Notes: generated by a model not told the origin, from the sequence alone. A stretch of 41,011 nucleotides of DNA from a virus (IMGVR_UViG_2563366930_000002:1-41011); one strand, 5' to 3'; shown: positions 17,417 to 28,118, counted from the first letter of the stretch. Translations and numbers: made by a program.

Positions 17417-17792
17417 GCTGGTTATCGCTGCTTTCTTCGTTACTGTCATTGGTTCTTTCATCTGGTCAGCCAACCACTACTACAGCAAATATCAGTACGA
17501 AAAGAAACGTGCTGATGAGGCTGAACGAAATGCTGGATCAGCAACAGCCATTACCAATAACGTCCTGCAATCACTGCAAATCGTCAATACAGTACTGGAG
17601 GCTAACCAGCATGCAAAACAGCAGATCGCACTGGAGTCACAAAGAACCCAGGAAGATATCAAAATGGCCGTTGCGGATGATGATTGTGCTTCACGTCTTG
17701 TGCCTGCTGCCGCTGCTGAGCGGTTGCGGAAGTATGCGGACAGTTTACGTGAACACTCCGACGGTACCACTGCCAGCCAGCCTGACGGCTGA
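17400..17792 (+). CDS. Rz-like inner-membrane spanin
   Basis: N-terminal transmembrane helix (LVIAAFFVTVIGSFIW) then coiled-coil periplasmic domain; overlaps the endolysin stop. Confidence 0.8.
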   Translation: MKLSYKLVIAAFFVTVIGSFIWSANHYYSKYQYEKKRADEAERNAGSATAITNNVLQSLQIVNTVLEANQHAKQQIALESQRTQEDIKMAVADDDCASRLVPAAAAERLRKYADSLREHSDGTTASQPDG

Positions 17793-17946
17793 AACCCCTC
17801 AGCCTGATTTACCTGATCATTTTACGTGGGGCTCGAGCTTAGATCTGAATGCCGCCTTGTTGTCTGCATTGGCGCAGTGTAATACCGATAAAGCTGACAT
17901 CAGAAGGATTGAAGTTGAGCGTGGTCACATCATGCAAAAAAAATGA
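17677..17946 (+). CDS. Rz1-like outer-membrane lipoprotein spanin, overlapping the 3' end of Rz in another frame
   Basis: Signal peptide with lipobox LLSGC and proline-rich mature region; starts inside Rz and extends beyond it. Confidence 0.7.
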   Translation: MMIVLHVLCLLPLLSGCGSMRTVYVNTPTVPLPASLTAETPQPDLPDHFTWGSSLDLNAALLSALAQCNTDKADIRRIEVERGHIMQKK

Positions 17947-18038
17947 TGTTCACTTTATTTTGTTCCTTGATTTGATATGTGATGACCCAATAGATACAAA
18001 GCACCTGATTTGGGTGATTTTTTTGAAGGACTATACAC

Positions 18039-18359
18039 ATGAAAGACGGCATTTATTTTGTTGTGTTCAGAAGCGGTCATAATGATGTTGGCAATGGCAC
18101 GGTCGTTGTGAAGGATAATGCGGTTAATGGTGGTGATTTTGGGTTTACCTATCAGGGGCGTGTACAAGATGGGGTATTGAAACTTCATGTATCCCGCCAT
18201 AACCCTTCAGCACAAAACGTTATTGCAGGCCTTAACGATTATGTGATGGATCTCTCTGTGAGAGATATTGGGGATGGTTATTACCTTGAAGGTGGAATTG
18301 CTGGTGTTCCTGGTGCGACTCTGTCTGTACAGGCGAAATTTATCGGCAATTTGATTTAA
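18039..18359 (+). CDS. Hypothetical protein, 106 aa
   Basis: ORF with protein-like composition after the lysis genes, followed by a terminator. Confidence 0.5.
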   Translation: MKDGIYFVVFRSGHNDVGNGTVVVKDNAVNGGDFGFTYQGRVQDGVLKLHVSRHNPSAQNVIAGLNDYVMDLSVRDIGDGYYLEGGIAGVPGATLSVQAKFIGNLI

Positions 18360-18375
18360 ATCGATTCTCTCCTAA

Positions 18376-18403
18376 ACCGCCCACTTTCCACGGGCGGTTT
18401 TTT
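18376..18403 (+). terminator. Intrinsic terminator
   Basis: ACCGCCC-ACTTTCCAC-GGGCGGT stem followed by TTTTTTG. Confidence 0.65.
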
Positions 18404-18454
18404 GTTGCCATTACGATGGGTAGACCAGTAGTAATGATTGAAGGAGAAATTTAA

Positions 18455-18805
18455 ATGCCCCCACGAACCCCAAAAGCCTGCCGTGTTCGCGGCTGCCGCC
18501 ATACCACCACTGACCCGTCAGGCTATTGCGAAAGCCACAAAAGCGAAGGCTGGAAGCAATACAAACCTGGACAATCCCGTCATCAGCGCGGCTACGGTTC
18601 GAAGTGGGACAGTATCCGCGCGCGTGTCCTGAAGCGTGACAAAGGCCTGTGTCAGTTATGTCTGCGTTCTGGTGTGGTGCGTGAGGCGAAAACTGTTGAC
18701 CACATCATCCCTAAAGCGCATGGCGGCACTGATGCTGACAGTAATCTGCAGAGTCTGTGTTGGCCGTGCCATAAGGCGAAGACGGCCCGTGAACGGTTAA
18801 AGTGA
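18455..18805 (+). CDS. HNH endonuclease (packaging-associated)
   Basis: CxxC...H...CxxCH motifs (CQLCLRSG, VDHIIPKAHGG, CWPCH); AAGGAG Shine-Dalgarno; directly upstream of TerS. Confidence 0.9.
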   Translation: MPPRTPKACRVRGCRHTTTDPSGYCESHKSEGWKQYKPGQSRHQRGYGSKWDSIRARVLKRDKGLCQLCLRSGVVREAKTVDHIIPKAHGGTDADSNLQSLCWPCHKAKTARERLK

Positions 18806-18930
18806 TAATAATTCTCAACTGTCTGAGGGGAGGGGCGGGTCAAATCCCTGTGACCTGACGTCTTCCGGACTGCCCGCCCCATCGTTTTTTTATACCCGCG
18901 AAAAATGAAATTTAACCAGGAGTGCCGCAT

Positions 18931-19425
18931 ATGGCTGGAACGGCGGGGCGTTCCGGGCGTCGCCCCAAGCCAACGGCGCGCAAGGCGCTGGCCGGAAACC
19001 CCGGCAAGCGAGCCCTGAACAAAGATGAACCCGTTTTTACGCCCATCAAAGGTGTTGAGCCACCGGAGTGGTTCGCTGAAGAAGAGCTCCCTCTCGCCAC
19101 GATCATGTGGCAACTGACAACCAAAGAACTCTGCGGTCAGGGCCTGCTGTGCGTGACTGACCTCGCAGTGCTTGAGCGGTGGTGCGTAGCCTATGAGTTC
19201 TGGCGACGTGCTGTGAAAAATATTGCCAGACAGGGCAACACCATCACCGGTGCAATGGGCGGCATGGTCAAAAATCCGGAGCTGACCGCCAAAAAAGAAC
19301 AGGAGTCCGAGATGAGCAGTACGGGGGCAATGCTCGGACTCGACCCCAGCAGCCGCCAGCGTCTGATTGGCCTGGCGGGGCAGAAGAAAGCCACTAACCC
19401 GTTTCTGAAAATTATCGAATCATGA
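18931..19425 (+). CDS. Terminase small subunit
   Basis: GRSGRRPKP...[12 protein letters not shown]-terminal pattern; AGGAG 8 nt upstream of ATG 18931; overlaps TerL start. Confidence 0.85.
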   Translation: MAGTAGRSGRRPKPTARKALAGNPGKRALNKDEPVFTPIKGVEPPEWFAEEELPLATIMWQLTTKELCGQGLLCVTDLAVLERWCVAYEFWRRAVKNIARQGNTITGAMGGMVKNPELTAKKEQESEMSSTGAMLGLDPSSRQRLIGLAGQKKATNPFLKIIES

Positions 19426-21155
19426 GCCGGAAATCTTACCCCAACGTAAATGCTGCCAATCAGTATGCCCGGGATGTCGTGCGCGGAAAGATTGTGGCCT
19501 GCCAGTTTGTGATTCAGGCCTGCCAGCGCCATCTTGATGACCTGATGGCGGAAAAAAGTAAGTCGTTTCGTTACCGCTTCGACAAGGACCTGGCTGAACG
19601 GGCCGCCAAATTTATTCAGCTGTTGCCGCACACCAAGGGTGAGTGGGCATTCAAGAGGATGCCCATCACGCTGGAGCCGTGGCAGCTCTTTGTGATCTGC
19701 TGTGCGTTTGGCTGGGTCAATAAAGGCACCCGGCTGCGCCGCTTCCGGGAGGTGTATACCGAAATCCCCCGTAAGAACGGCAAATCAGCAATCTCTGCCG
19801 GTGTCGCCCTGTATTGTTTTGCCTGTGATAACGAGTTCGGCGCGGAAGTGTATTCCGGTGCCACGACGGAGAAACAGGCATGGGAAGTCTTTCGTCCGGC
19901 AAGACTGATGTGTAAACGCACACCCATGCTGACGGAAGCGTTCGGGATTGAGGTTAACGCCTCAAACATGAATCGTCCGGAGGATGGCGCGCGGTTTGAA
20001 CCGCTGATCGGTAACCCCGGTGATGGTTCATCACCCCACTGTGCGGTGGTGGATGAATATCACGAGCACGCCACCGATGCGCTTTACACCACGATGCTTA
20101 CCGGGATGGGGGCGCGACGTCAGCCACTGATGTGGGCCATTACTACTGCCGGGTACAACATTGAGGGGCCGTGCTACGACAAGCGACGGGAAGTTATCGA
20201 GATGCTCAACGGGTCGGTACCCAACGATGAACTGTTCGGGATCATCTATACCGTTGACGAAGGCGATGACTGGACCGACCCGCAGGTGCTGGAAAAAGCT
20301 AACCCGAATATTGGCGTGTCGGTTTATCGCGAATTTTTGTTAAGTCAGCAGCAGCGTGCGAAAAATAACGCCCGTCTGGCAAACGTCTTTAAAACAAAAC
20401 ACCTCAATATCTGGGTGTCGGCGCGTTCGGCGTATTTCAACCTGGTGAGCTGGCAGAGCTGCGAGGATAAATCACTGACCCTTGAGCAGTTCGAGGGGCA
20501 GCCGTGCATTCTGGCCTTTGACCTGGCGCGTAAGCTGGATATGAACAGCATGGCGCGACTTTATACCCGCGAGATTGACGGTAAAACGCATTACTACAGT
20601 GTGGCCCCGCGTTTCTGGGTACCGTATGACACGGTGTACAGCGTCGAGAAAAATGAAGATCGACGGACAGCCGAACGCTTTCAGAAATGGGTGGAAATGG
20701 GCGTTCTGACCGTTACCGATGGTGCGGAGGTGGATTATCGCTACATCCTCGAGGAGGCCAAAGCGGCGAACAAAATCAGCCCGGTCAGTGAGTCACCCAT
20801 CGACCCCTTCGGGGCGACCGGGTTGTCACATGACCTTGCTGATGAAGACCTGAACCCCATCACTATCATTCAGAACTACACCAACATGTCCGACCCGATG
20901 AAAGAGCTGGAAGCGGCAATTGAATCGGGGCGCTTTCATCATGATGGCAATCCCATCATGACCTGGTGTATCGGCAACGTGGTCGGCAAAACCATTCCGG
21001 GTAACGATGATGTGGTGAAGCCCGTCAAAGAGCAGGCGGAAAACAAAATCGATGGTGCAGTTGCGCTGATTATGGCGGTTGGCAGAGCCATGCTGTACGA
21101 GAAAGAAGACACGCTGTCTGACCACATTGAGTCCTATGGGATCCGCTCGCTTTAA
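19422..21155 (+). CDS. Terminase large subunit
   Basis: 577 aa with ATPase N-domain and nuclease C-domain features; immediately upstream of portal. Confidence 0.93.
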
Positions 21156-21166
21156 CTGAGGTAATT

Positions 21167-21349
21167 ATGATCATGCTGATTCTCGCGCCTCTGGTGGGCG
21201 TGCTGGGGGCGCTTTTGCTGGCGTATGGTGCCTGGCTGATTTATCCCCCGGCGGGGTTTGTTGTTGCCGGGGCGTTGTGTCTGTTCTGGTCGTGGCTGGT
21301 GGCGCGATATCTCGACCGTACACAGTCGTCTGTCGGCGGAGGTAAATAG
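21167..21349 (+). CDS. Small hydrophobic protein, 60 aa
   Basis: Two predicted transmembrane segments between terminase and portal; short and GC-rich, so it could be spurious. Confidence 0.3.
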
Positions 21350-22590
21350 TGTTCTTTTCGGGATTATTTCAACGAAAAAGTGACGCACCGGTGACCACGC
21401 CAGCAGAGCTGGCGGATGCTATCGGGTTGTCCTACGACACCTATACCGGAAAGCAGATCAGCAGCCAGCGGGCCATGCGACTGACGGCGGTTTTTTCCTG
21501 TGTCAGGGTGCTGGCGGAGTCGGTCGGGATGTTGCCCTGCAACCTGTATCACCTGAACGGCAGTCTGAAGCAGAGAGCCGCTGGCGAACGTCTGCATAAG
21601 CTGATCTCCACGCATCCCAATGGCTATATGACGCCGCAGGAGTTCTGGGAGCTGGTGGTCACCTGTCTGTGCCTGCGGGGAAACTTTTACGCCTACAAAG
21701 TGAAAGCATTTGGCGAAGTGGCTGAACTGCTGCCCGTCGATCCCGGCTGTGTGGTACCGAAGCTTAACAGTAGCTGGGAGCCGGTCTATCAGGTCACATT
21801 CCCGGATGGCTCCACGGATGTACTGAGCCAGGAGGATATCTGGCATGTGCGCACGCTGACGCTGGACGGACTGGTGGGGCTGAATCCCATCGCCTATGCC
21901 CGCGAGGCAATATCGCTGGCGGCAGCGACCGAAGAGCACGGGGCCAGACTGTTCAGCAATGGCGCGGTGACGTCGGGTGTGTTGCGTACAGAGCAGACGC
22001 TGTCAGATCAGGCTTATGAGCGCCTGAAGAAAGATTTTGAGGAGCGTCACACCGGGCTTGGCAATGCTCACCGCCCGATGATCCTTGAGATGGGGCTGGA
22101 CTGGAAGTCGATGGCGCTGAACGCCGAGGACAGCCAGTTCCTGGAAACCCGCAAGTTTCAGCTTGAAGAAATCTGTCGTCTGTTCCGGGTACCGTTGCAC
22201 ATGGTGCAGAACACCGATCGCGCCACCTTCAACAATATCGAAGAACTGGGGCTCGGATTTATCAACTATTCACTGGTGCCGTATCTGACCCGCATCGAAC
22301 AGCGGATCAACACCGGACTGGTACGAAAAAGTAAGCAGGGCGTTTATTACGCCAAATTTAACGCCGGGGCGTTACTGCGCGGGGATATGAAGTCCCGTTT
22401 TGAAGCCTACGCCACCGGGATTAACTGGGGAATTTACTCTCCCAATGACTGCCGCGACCTGGAAGATATGAATCCGCGTCCCGGTGGTGATGTCTATCTC
22501 ACACCGATGAACATGACCACGAAACCCTCCGATGGCAGTAAAGCCGGTAAGCAGAAGGATAACGCCAATGCAGACGAAACAACGTCTTGA
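21349..22590 (+). CDS. Portal protein (HK97 family), GTG start
   Basis: 413 aa between terminase and prohead protease; GGAGG Shine-Dalgarno before the GTG. Confidence 0.9.
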   Translation: MFFSGLFQRKSDAPVTTPAELADAIGLSYDTYTGKQISSQRAMRLTAVFSCVRVLAESVGMLPCNLYHLNGSLKQRAAGERLHKLISTHPNGYMTPQEFWELVVTCLCLRGNFYAYKVKAFGEVAELLPVDPGCVVPKLNSSWEPVYQVTFPDGSTDVLSQEDIWHVRTLTLDGLVGLNPIAYAREAISLAAATEEHGARLFSNGAVTSGVLRTEQTLSDQAYERLKKDFEERHTGLGNAHRPMILEMGLDWKSMALNAEDSQFLETRKFQLEEICRLFRVPLHMVQNTDRATFNNIEELGLGFINYSLVPYLTRIEQRINTGLVRKSKQGVYYAKFNAGALLRGDMKSRFEAYATGINWGIYSPNDCRDLEDMNPRPGGDVYLTPMNMTTKPSDGSKAGKQKDNANADETTS

Positions 22591-23218
22591 TGTACCGCTG
22601 AGTCTGAAATCTGTCAGTGACTCCGGTGAGTTTGAAGGGTATGGCTCCGTCTTTGGTGTAAAGGACAGCCACGATGATGTGGTGATGTCCGGGGCATTTG
22701 CTGCTTCCCTGCGGGCGTGGAGTGACAGAAAAGCGTTACCTGCGCTGCTCTGGCAGCACCGCATGGATGAACCCATCGGTGTTTACACCGAAATGAAGGA
22801 AGACGATGTCGGGCTTTACGTCAGGGGACGGTTGCTTATTGATGATGATCCCCTCGCAAAACGCGCACATGCACACATGAAGGCCGGTTCGTTAACCGGC
22901 CTTTCTATTGGGTACGTCCTGAAAGACTGGGAATACGACCGGAGCAAAGAAGCCTTTCTGCTGAAAGAAATCGACCTCTGGGAAGTCAGCCTGGTGACGT
23001 TCCCGTCTAACGACGAGGCGCGGATCAGCGACGTCAAGAACGCACTGGCCCGCGGGGAAATCCCCGAACAGAAAAAAATCGAAAGAGTCCTGCGTGATGT
23101 CGGACTCTCCCGTACCCAGGCCAAAGCATTCATGGCCGGGGGCTATGGCGCACTGTCCCTGCGCGACGCTGAGGATGTGGGCTCTGCACTGAATGCACTG
23201 AAAAATCTGAACTTCTAA
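22568..23218 (+). CDS. Prohead maturation protease (HK97 family)
   Basis: Start at MQTKQRLDV overlapping the portal 3' end; N-terminal region (GYGSVFGVKDSHDDVVMSGAF) typical of the family. Confidence 0.85.
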   Translation: MQTKQRLDVPLSLKSVSDSGEFEGYGSVFGVKDSHDDVVMSGAFAASLRAWSDRKALPALLWQHRMDEPIGVYTEMKEDDVGLYVRGRLLIDDDPLAKRAHAHMKAGSLTGLSIGYVLKDWEYDRSKEAFLLKEIDLWEVSLVTFPSNDEARISDVKNALARGEIPEQKKIERVLRDVGLSRTQAKAFMAGGYGALSLRDAEDVGSALNALKNLNF

Positions 23219-23232
23219 TCAGGAGAAATACG

Positions 23233-24438
23233 ATGGCGGTTGATATTAAAGATGTGGAACAGGTCGCGCAGGAGCTGCAGCAGAAGTTTGACGACTTCAA
23301 AGCAAAGAACGACAAGCGCGTGGATGCGATTGAGCAGGAAAAAGGCAAACTTGCCGGGCAGGTGGAAACCCTGAACGGGAAACTCAGCGAGCTGGAAAAC
23401 CTCAAAAGCGATCTTGAAAAAGAGTTGCTTGAGCTGAAACGTCCGGCAGGTGGTGCGCAAAATAAACTGGCCACCGAGCATAAAGAGGCGTTTGTGTGCT
23501 TCCTGCGTAAAGGCCGTGAAGACGGTCTGCGCGATCTGGAGCGTAAGGCATTGCAGGTGGGCACCGATGAAGACGGTGGCTATGCCGTGCCGGAAGCGCT
23601 GGATCGCAACATTCTCAACCTGCTTAAAGATGAAGTGGTGATGCGTCAGGAAGCCACGGTGATCACCGTTGGCGGTTCCGACTACAAAAAACTGGTGAAT
23701 CTGGGCGGTACGGCTTCCGGATGGGTGGGGGAAACGGATACGCGATCCCAGACTGCCACCTCCAGACTGGAGCTGATTGAACCTCTCATGGGGGAAATCT
23801 ACGGTAACCCGCAGGCCACCCAGAAAATGCTGGACGATGCCTTTTTCAACGTGGAGGCCTGGATCAACAGCGAGCTGGCAACCGAATTTGCCGAACAGGA
23901 AGAAATTGCCTTTACCTCAGGCGATGGCACCAAGAAGCCGAAAGGGTTCCTGGCGTATGAATCCACTGATGAAACCGATAAGGTCCGGGCGTTCGGCAAA
24001 CTTCAGCATATTGTATCCGGCGACGCGACTGCGGTGACCGCAGACGCCATTATCAAACTGATTTACACGCTGCGTAAGGCACACCGCACCGGCGCGAAGT
24101 TCATGATGAACAACAACAGCCTGTTTGCCATCCGTCTGCTGAAAGACACCGAGGGTAACTATCTGTGGCGTCCGGGGCTGGAACTGGGGCAGCCGTCCTC
24201 TCTGGCGGGTTACGGTATCGCTGAAAACGAACAGATGCCGGATATCGCCGCTGATGCGAAAGCCATTGCATTTGGTAACTTCAAACGGGGTTACACCATC
24301 GTTGACCGTATCGGCACCCGCATTCTGCGTGACCCGTACACCAATAAACCGTTTGTCGGTTTTTATACCACCAAGCGCACCGGCGGGATGCTGGTCGATT
24401 CGCAGGCCATCAAACTGCTGAAGATTGCAGCGGCGTAA
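23233..24438 (+). CDS. Major capsid protein (HK97 fold) with N-terminal coiled-coil scaffolding domain
   Basis: 401 aa; AGGAGAAA Shine-Dalgarno; coiled-coil N-terminus then capsid domain; follows the protease. Confidence 0.9.
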   Translation: MAVDIKDVEQVAQELQQKFDDFKAKNDKRVDAIEQEKGKLAGQVETLNGKLSELENLKSDLEKELLELKRPAGGAQNKLATEHKEAFVCFLRKGREDGLRDLERKALQVGTDEDGGYAVPEALDRNILNLLKDEVVMRQEATVITVGGSDYKKLVNLGGTASGWVGETDTRSQTATSRLELIEPLMGEIYGNPQATQKMLDDAFFNVEAWINSELATEFAEQEEIAFTSGDGTKKPKGFLAYESTDETDKVRAFGKLQHIVSGDATAVTADAIIKLIYTLRKAHRTGAKFMMNNNSLFAIRLLKDTEGNYLWRPGLELGQPSSLAGYGIAENEQMPDIAADAKAIAFGNFKRGYTIVDRIGTRILRDPYTNKPFVGFYTTKRTGGMLVDSQAIKLLKIAAA

Positions 24439-24487
24439 TCACTCAGGGGCGCGGAACCGCGCCCCCTGTTCTGACGGGTGAAGAATC

Positions 24488-24688
24488 ATGATCCTGAAAC
24501 AAGATCTGAAATGGTCACCGGACGGTATGCGTGTTGAGGTCATTCGGGCCGGTGAGTATGACGACGGGGCGCTTCCTGCCCGGGTGCAGGAGATTGCACT
24601 TCAGGCCGGGTTAGCAGAGCGCGGAACCAGTGCAAAAAGCAGTAAAGCGACAAAAGAGAAAAAAGCCACGACCAGTAAAGAGGGCTGA
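24488..24688 (+). CDS. Hypothetical small protein, 66 aa
   Basis: ORF with Lys-rich C-terminus between capsid and connector genes. Confidence 0.4.
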   Translation: MILKQDLKWSPDGMRVEVIRAGEYDDGALPARVQEIALQAGLAERGTSAKSSKATKEKKATTSKEG

Positions 24689-24690
24689 GT

Positions 24691-25014
24691 ATGCTTCTGA
24701 CAATGGAAGAGATTAAAGCCCAACTCCGGCTGGATGAGGATTTCGATGCTGATGACCGCCATCTGCAACTGCTGGCCTGTGCGGCGCAAAAGCGGACGGA
24801 AACGTATCTGAACCGGAAGCTCTATGCACCGGATGAAACCATTCCGGACAGCGACCCGGACGGACTGCACCTGCCGGATGATATTCGTCTGGGGATGCTG
24901 ATGCTTATCAGCCATTTTTACGAAAACCGCTCGTCGGTTACGGAAGTGGAGAAACTCGACATGCCGCAGAGTTTTGGCTGGCTTGTCGGCCCGTACAGGT
25001 ACTTTCCGCAATGA
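24691..25014 (+). CDS. Head-tail connector (gp6-like)
   Basis: 107 aa starting MEEIKAQLRLDEDFDADD, typical of this family; position after capsid. Confidence 0.75.
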   Translation: MLLTMEEIKAQLRLDEDFDADDRHLQLLACAAQKRTETYLNRKLYAPDETIPDSDPDGLHLPDDIRLGMLMLISHFYENRSSVTEVEKLDMPQSFGWLVGPYRYFPQ

Positions 25015-25421
25015 AAATTCGTCAGGCGCAGACCAGCGCAACCTACATTCTGCCGGACCCGGGTGAACTGAATAAACGCGTCCTGATCCGCCTGCGGGTG
25101 GATATGCCCGCGGATAACTTTGGCGTGGAGCCTCAATACCCGGTTACGTTCCGGACATGGGCGAAGGTTATCCAGACCAGTGCCACCACCTGGCAGGAAA
25201 CCGCGCAGACCGGGGACGCCATCACCCATTACATCACCATTCGTTACCGCCGGAGGATCACCGCTGATTATGAGGTGGTCTGCGGTGACAGTGTGTACCG
25301 GGTGAAACGTCAGCGCGATCTGAACGGGGCGCGGCGCTTTCTGCTGCTGGAGTGTACGGAGCTGGGCGAATGTAGGCAGAGTCACGGAGGCAGCAATGGC
25401 GACTCCCTTTTTTCACGTTGA
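25011..25421 (+). CDS. Head closure / head-tail adaptor protein
   Basis: Translationally coupled 136 aa ORF in the head completion module. Confidence 0.65.
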   Translation: MKIRQAQTSATYILPDPGELNKRVLIRLRVDMPADNFGVEPQYPVTFRTWAKVIQTSATTWQETAQTGDAITHYITIRYRRRITADYEVVCGDSVYRVKRQRDLNGARRFLLLECTELGECRQSHGGSNGDSLFSR

Positions 25422-25902
25422 TGTTCAGCAGCCCGCCGAGATGCGCTTTAACCGCGCCCGTGTCCGGCGGGCGTTTGTCACGATTGGGCAGCGTCATATG
25501 CGTGATGCCCGTCGGCTGGTGATGCGCCGTGCGCGGTCGGCACCGGGTGAAAACCCCGGTTATCAGACCGGACGCCTGGCTCGTTCGATTGGTTATATGG
25601 TGCCGAGAGCCAGTAAAAAGCGAGCCGGTTTTATGACACGCATTGCCCCTAACCAGCGCAACGGGAAGGGGAACCGGATGATCTCTGGTGACTTCTATCC
25701 GGCGTTTCTGTTTTTTGGTGTCCGGGGAGGAGCAAAACGTCGTCGTAGTCATCATCGTGGTGCATCCGGTGGCAGCGGCTGGCGACTGGCTCCACGTAAT
25801 AACTTCATGGTGGAAACTCTTGAAAAGAACCGCAGCTGGACACGCTATTTTCTGGCGCGGGAATTGCGTAAATCACTGAAGCCGGAGCGACGACACAGAT
25901 GA
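25396..25902 (+). CDS. HK97 gp10-like head-tail joining protein
   Basis: 168 aa basic ORF in conserved position. Confidence 0.65.
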   Translation: MATPFFHVDVQQPAEMRFNRARVRRAFVTIGQRHMRDARRLVMRRARSAPGENPGYQTGRLARSIGYMVPRASKKRAGFMTRIAPNQRNGKGNRMISGDFYPAFLFFGVRGGAKRRRSHHRGASGGSGWRLAPRNNFMVETLEKNRSWTRYFLARELRKSLKPERRHR

Positions 25903-26459
25903 AACTGACGCCTGTTATTGCTGCGCTGCGTGCCCGCTGCCCGTATTTTGAAAACCGGGTGGCAGGCGCGGCACAGTTCAAAAATCTGCCGGAGGTCGGA
26001 AAGCTGAGACTCCCGGCGGCGTATGTGGTACCGGGTGATGACTCTCCGGGAGAAAACAAAAGCCAGACCGACTACTGGCAGGAGCTGAAAGAGGGCTTCT
26101 CCGTGGTTGTCATACTGAGTAACGGGCGTGATGAGCGCGGTCAGTTTGCCTCGTATGATGTGGTGGACGATGTCCGGCAGATGCTCTTTAAGGCTCTGCT
26201 GGGCTGGAACCCGGAAGCGTGCGGTAACCCGATTACCTATGACGGCGGCACGCTGCTGGATCTGAATCGTCATGAGCTGATTTATCAGTTCGATTTTTCG
26301 GTCATCAGCGAGCTGACTGAAGACGATACCCGCCAGCAGGATGATCTGAACAGTCTGGATGAACTGCAAACGCTGGCGATTGATGTTGATTATCTCGAGC
26401 CCGGTAACGGGCCTGACGGCGATATCGAACATCACACCGAAATAACCCTTCCTTCCTGA
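25899..26459 (+). CDS. Tail completion / tail terminator-like protein
   Basis: 186 aa ORF immediately upstream of the sheath; assigned by position. Confidence 0.55.
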   Translation: MKLTPVIAALRARCPYFENRVAGAAQFKNLPEVGKLRLPAAYVVPGDDSPGENKSQTDYWQELKEGFSVVVILSNGRDERGQFASYDVVDDVRQMLFKALLGWNPEACGNPITYDGGTLLDLNRHELIYQFDFSVISELTEDDTRQQDDLNSLDELQTLAIDVDYLEPGNGPDGDIEHHTEITLPS

Positions 26460-26467
26460 GGATCCTC

Positions 26468-26638
26468 ATGTTTGTCAAACCTGTTAAAGGGCGGTCAGTT
26501 CCTGACCCTGCCCGCGGCGACCTTTTGCCCGCCGAAGGGCGAAATGTTGACGAGAACAACTACTGGCTGCGCCGTGAAGCAGCGGGTGATATCCGGCGCG
26601 TGAATAAAAAGGTGAACACCGATGACGATAAGCTTTAA
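26468..26638 (+). CDS. Small protein, 56 aa (below ORF-track cutoff)
   Basis: GAGGA Shine-Dalgarno 6 nt before ATG 26468; translation MFVKPVKGRSVPDPARGDLLPAEGRNVDENNYWLRREAAGDIRRVNKKVNTDDDKL; 3' end overlaps the sheath start. Confidence 0.45.
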   Translation: MFVKPVKGRSVPDPARGDLLPAEGRNVDENNYWLRREAAGDIRRVNKKVNTDDDKL

Positions 26639-28118
26639 CACCATTCCGTCGAATACGCTGGTTCCGCTGTTTTATGCGGAAATGGATAACCAGGCTGCGA
26701 ATACTGCACAGGACAGCGGAGCATCGCTGCTGATTGGTCATGCCAATAACGGTGCAGAGATTGTTGCCAACAGTCTGGTGCTGATGCCGTCGGCAGACTA
26801 TGCACGCCAGATTTGTGGTGCGGGAAGTCAGCTGGCGCGTATGGTCGAGGCTTATCGCCAGACCGACCCGTTTGGTGAGCTGTATGTGATTGCCGTTCCG
26901 GAAGCCACAGGCGCGGCGGCAACGGTTACGCTGACGGTGACCGGGGAAGCAACCGAAAGCGGCACGGTGAATGTCTATGTGGGACGTACCCGCGTGCAGG
27001 CTCCGGTGACCAACGGCGATAACGTCACGACGATTGCCAGCAGTATCAAAGATGCCATCAATGCCGTTCCGGCCCTGCCGTTTACGGCTTCATCTTCGGC
27101 AGGCGTGGTCACACTGACCGCGCGTCATAAGGGGCTTTGCGGGAATGAAATTCCTGTCAGCCTCAATTACTACGGCTTTGGTGGGGGCGAAGTGCTGCCA
27201 GCGGGCGTACAGATTGCCGTGGCGACGGGTACCGCCGGAACGGGTGCTCCGGTTCTCACCGGCGCGGTGGCTGCAATGGCGGATGAGCCGTTTGATTATA
27301 TCGGCCTGCCGTTCAACGACACGGCCTCCGTTAACACGCTGGTGACCGAGATGAACGATACCAGCGGTCGCTGGAGCTATGCGCGTCAGCTGTATGGTCA
27401 TGTGTATACGGCAAAGATCGGCACGCTGTCAGAACTGGTGACCGCAGGTGACCAGTTTAACCAGCAGCACATTACCCTGGCGGGGTACGAAAAAGACACC
27501 CAGACACCTGCCGACGAGCTGGCGGCAAGCCGTACCGCCCGCGCAGCGGTGTTTATCCGCAACGATCCGGCACGTCCCACGCAGACCGGTGAGCTGGTGG
27601 GTATGCTGCCTGCGCCGAAGGGGAAACGGTTCACGATGACCGAGCAGCAGACCCTGCTGTCTCATGGCGTGGCAACGGCGTATGTCGAAAGCGGGGTGCT
27701 GCGCATTCAGCGTGATGTCACCACGTACAGGAAAAACGCTTACGGGGTTGCGGATAACAGCTACCTCGACAGCGAGACGCTGCATACCAGCGCGTATGTG
27801 CTGCGCAAACTGAAATCCGTCATTACCAGTAAGTACGGGCGTCACAAGCTTGCCAGCGACGGTACCCGCTTTGGTTCCGGTCAGGCGATTGTCACCCCGG
27901 CGGTGATCAAAGGGGAACTGCTGGCAACCTACCGTCAGCTTGAGCGTGCGGGGATCGTGGAAAACTACGAACTTTTTAAGCAGTACCTGGTTGTGGAGCG
28001 TGATGCCAGCGATCCGAACCGCCTGAACACGCTGTTCCCGCCTGACTATGTTAACCAGTTGCGTGTCTTTGCCGTGGTTAACCAGTTCCGTCTTCAGTAT
28101 TCAGAGGAGTCCGCATAA
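26622..28118 (+). CDS. Contractile tail sheath protein
   Basis: 498 aa, Mu/P2-like sheath composition; followed by the tube gene with ATGA-type coupling. Confidence 0.9.
   Translation: MTISFNTIPSNTLVPLFYAEMDNQAANTAQDSGASLLIGHANNGAEIVANSLVLMPSADYARQICGAGSQLARMVEAYRQTDPFGELYVIAVPEATGAAATVTLTVTGEATESGTVNVYVGRTRVQAPVTNGDNVTTIASSIKDAINAVPALPFTASSSAGVVTLTARHKGLCGNEIPVSLNYYGFGGGEVLPAGVQIAVATGTAGTGAPVLTGAVAAMADEPFDYIGLPFNDTASVNTLVTEMNDTSGRWSYARQLYGHVYTAKIGTLSELVTAGDQFNQQHITLAGYEKDTQTPADELAASRTARAAVFIRNDPARPTQTGELVGMLPAPKGKRFTMTEQQTLLSHGVATAYVESGVLRIQRDVTTYRKNAYGVADNSYLDSETLHTSAYVLRKLKSVITSKYGRHKLASDGTRFGSGQAIVTPAVIKGELLATYRQLERAGIVENYELFKQYLVVERDASDPNRLNTLFPPDYVNQLRVFAVVNQFRLQYSEESA

Noticed and set aside
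23130-23564. 144 aa minus-strand ORF inside the protease and capsid genes
   Set aside because: Ser/Cys-rich antisense frame in GC-rich coding DNA; the plus-strand structural genes are clearly supported.
27429-27845. 138 aa minus-strand ORF within the tail sheath gene
   Set aside because: Antisense artefact of a GC-rich structural gene; several similar antisense ORFs across 19600-35700 were rejected for the same reason.
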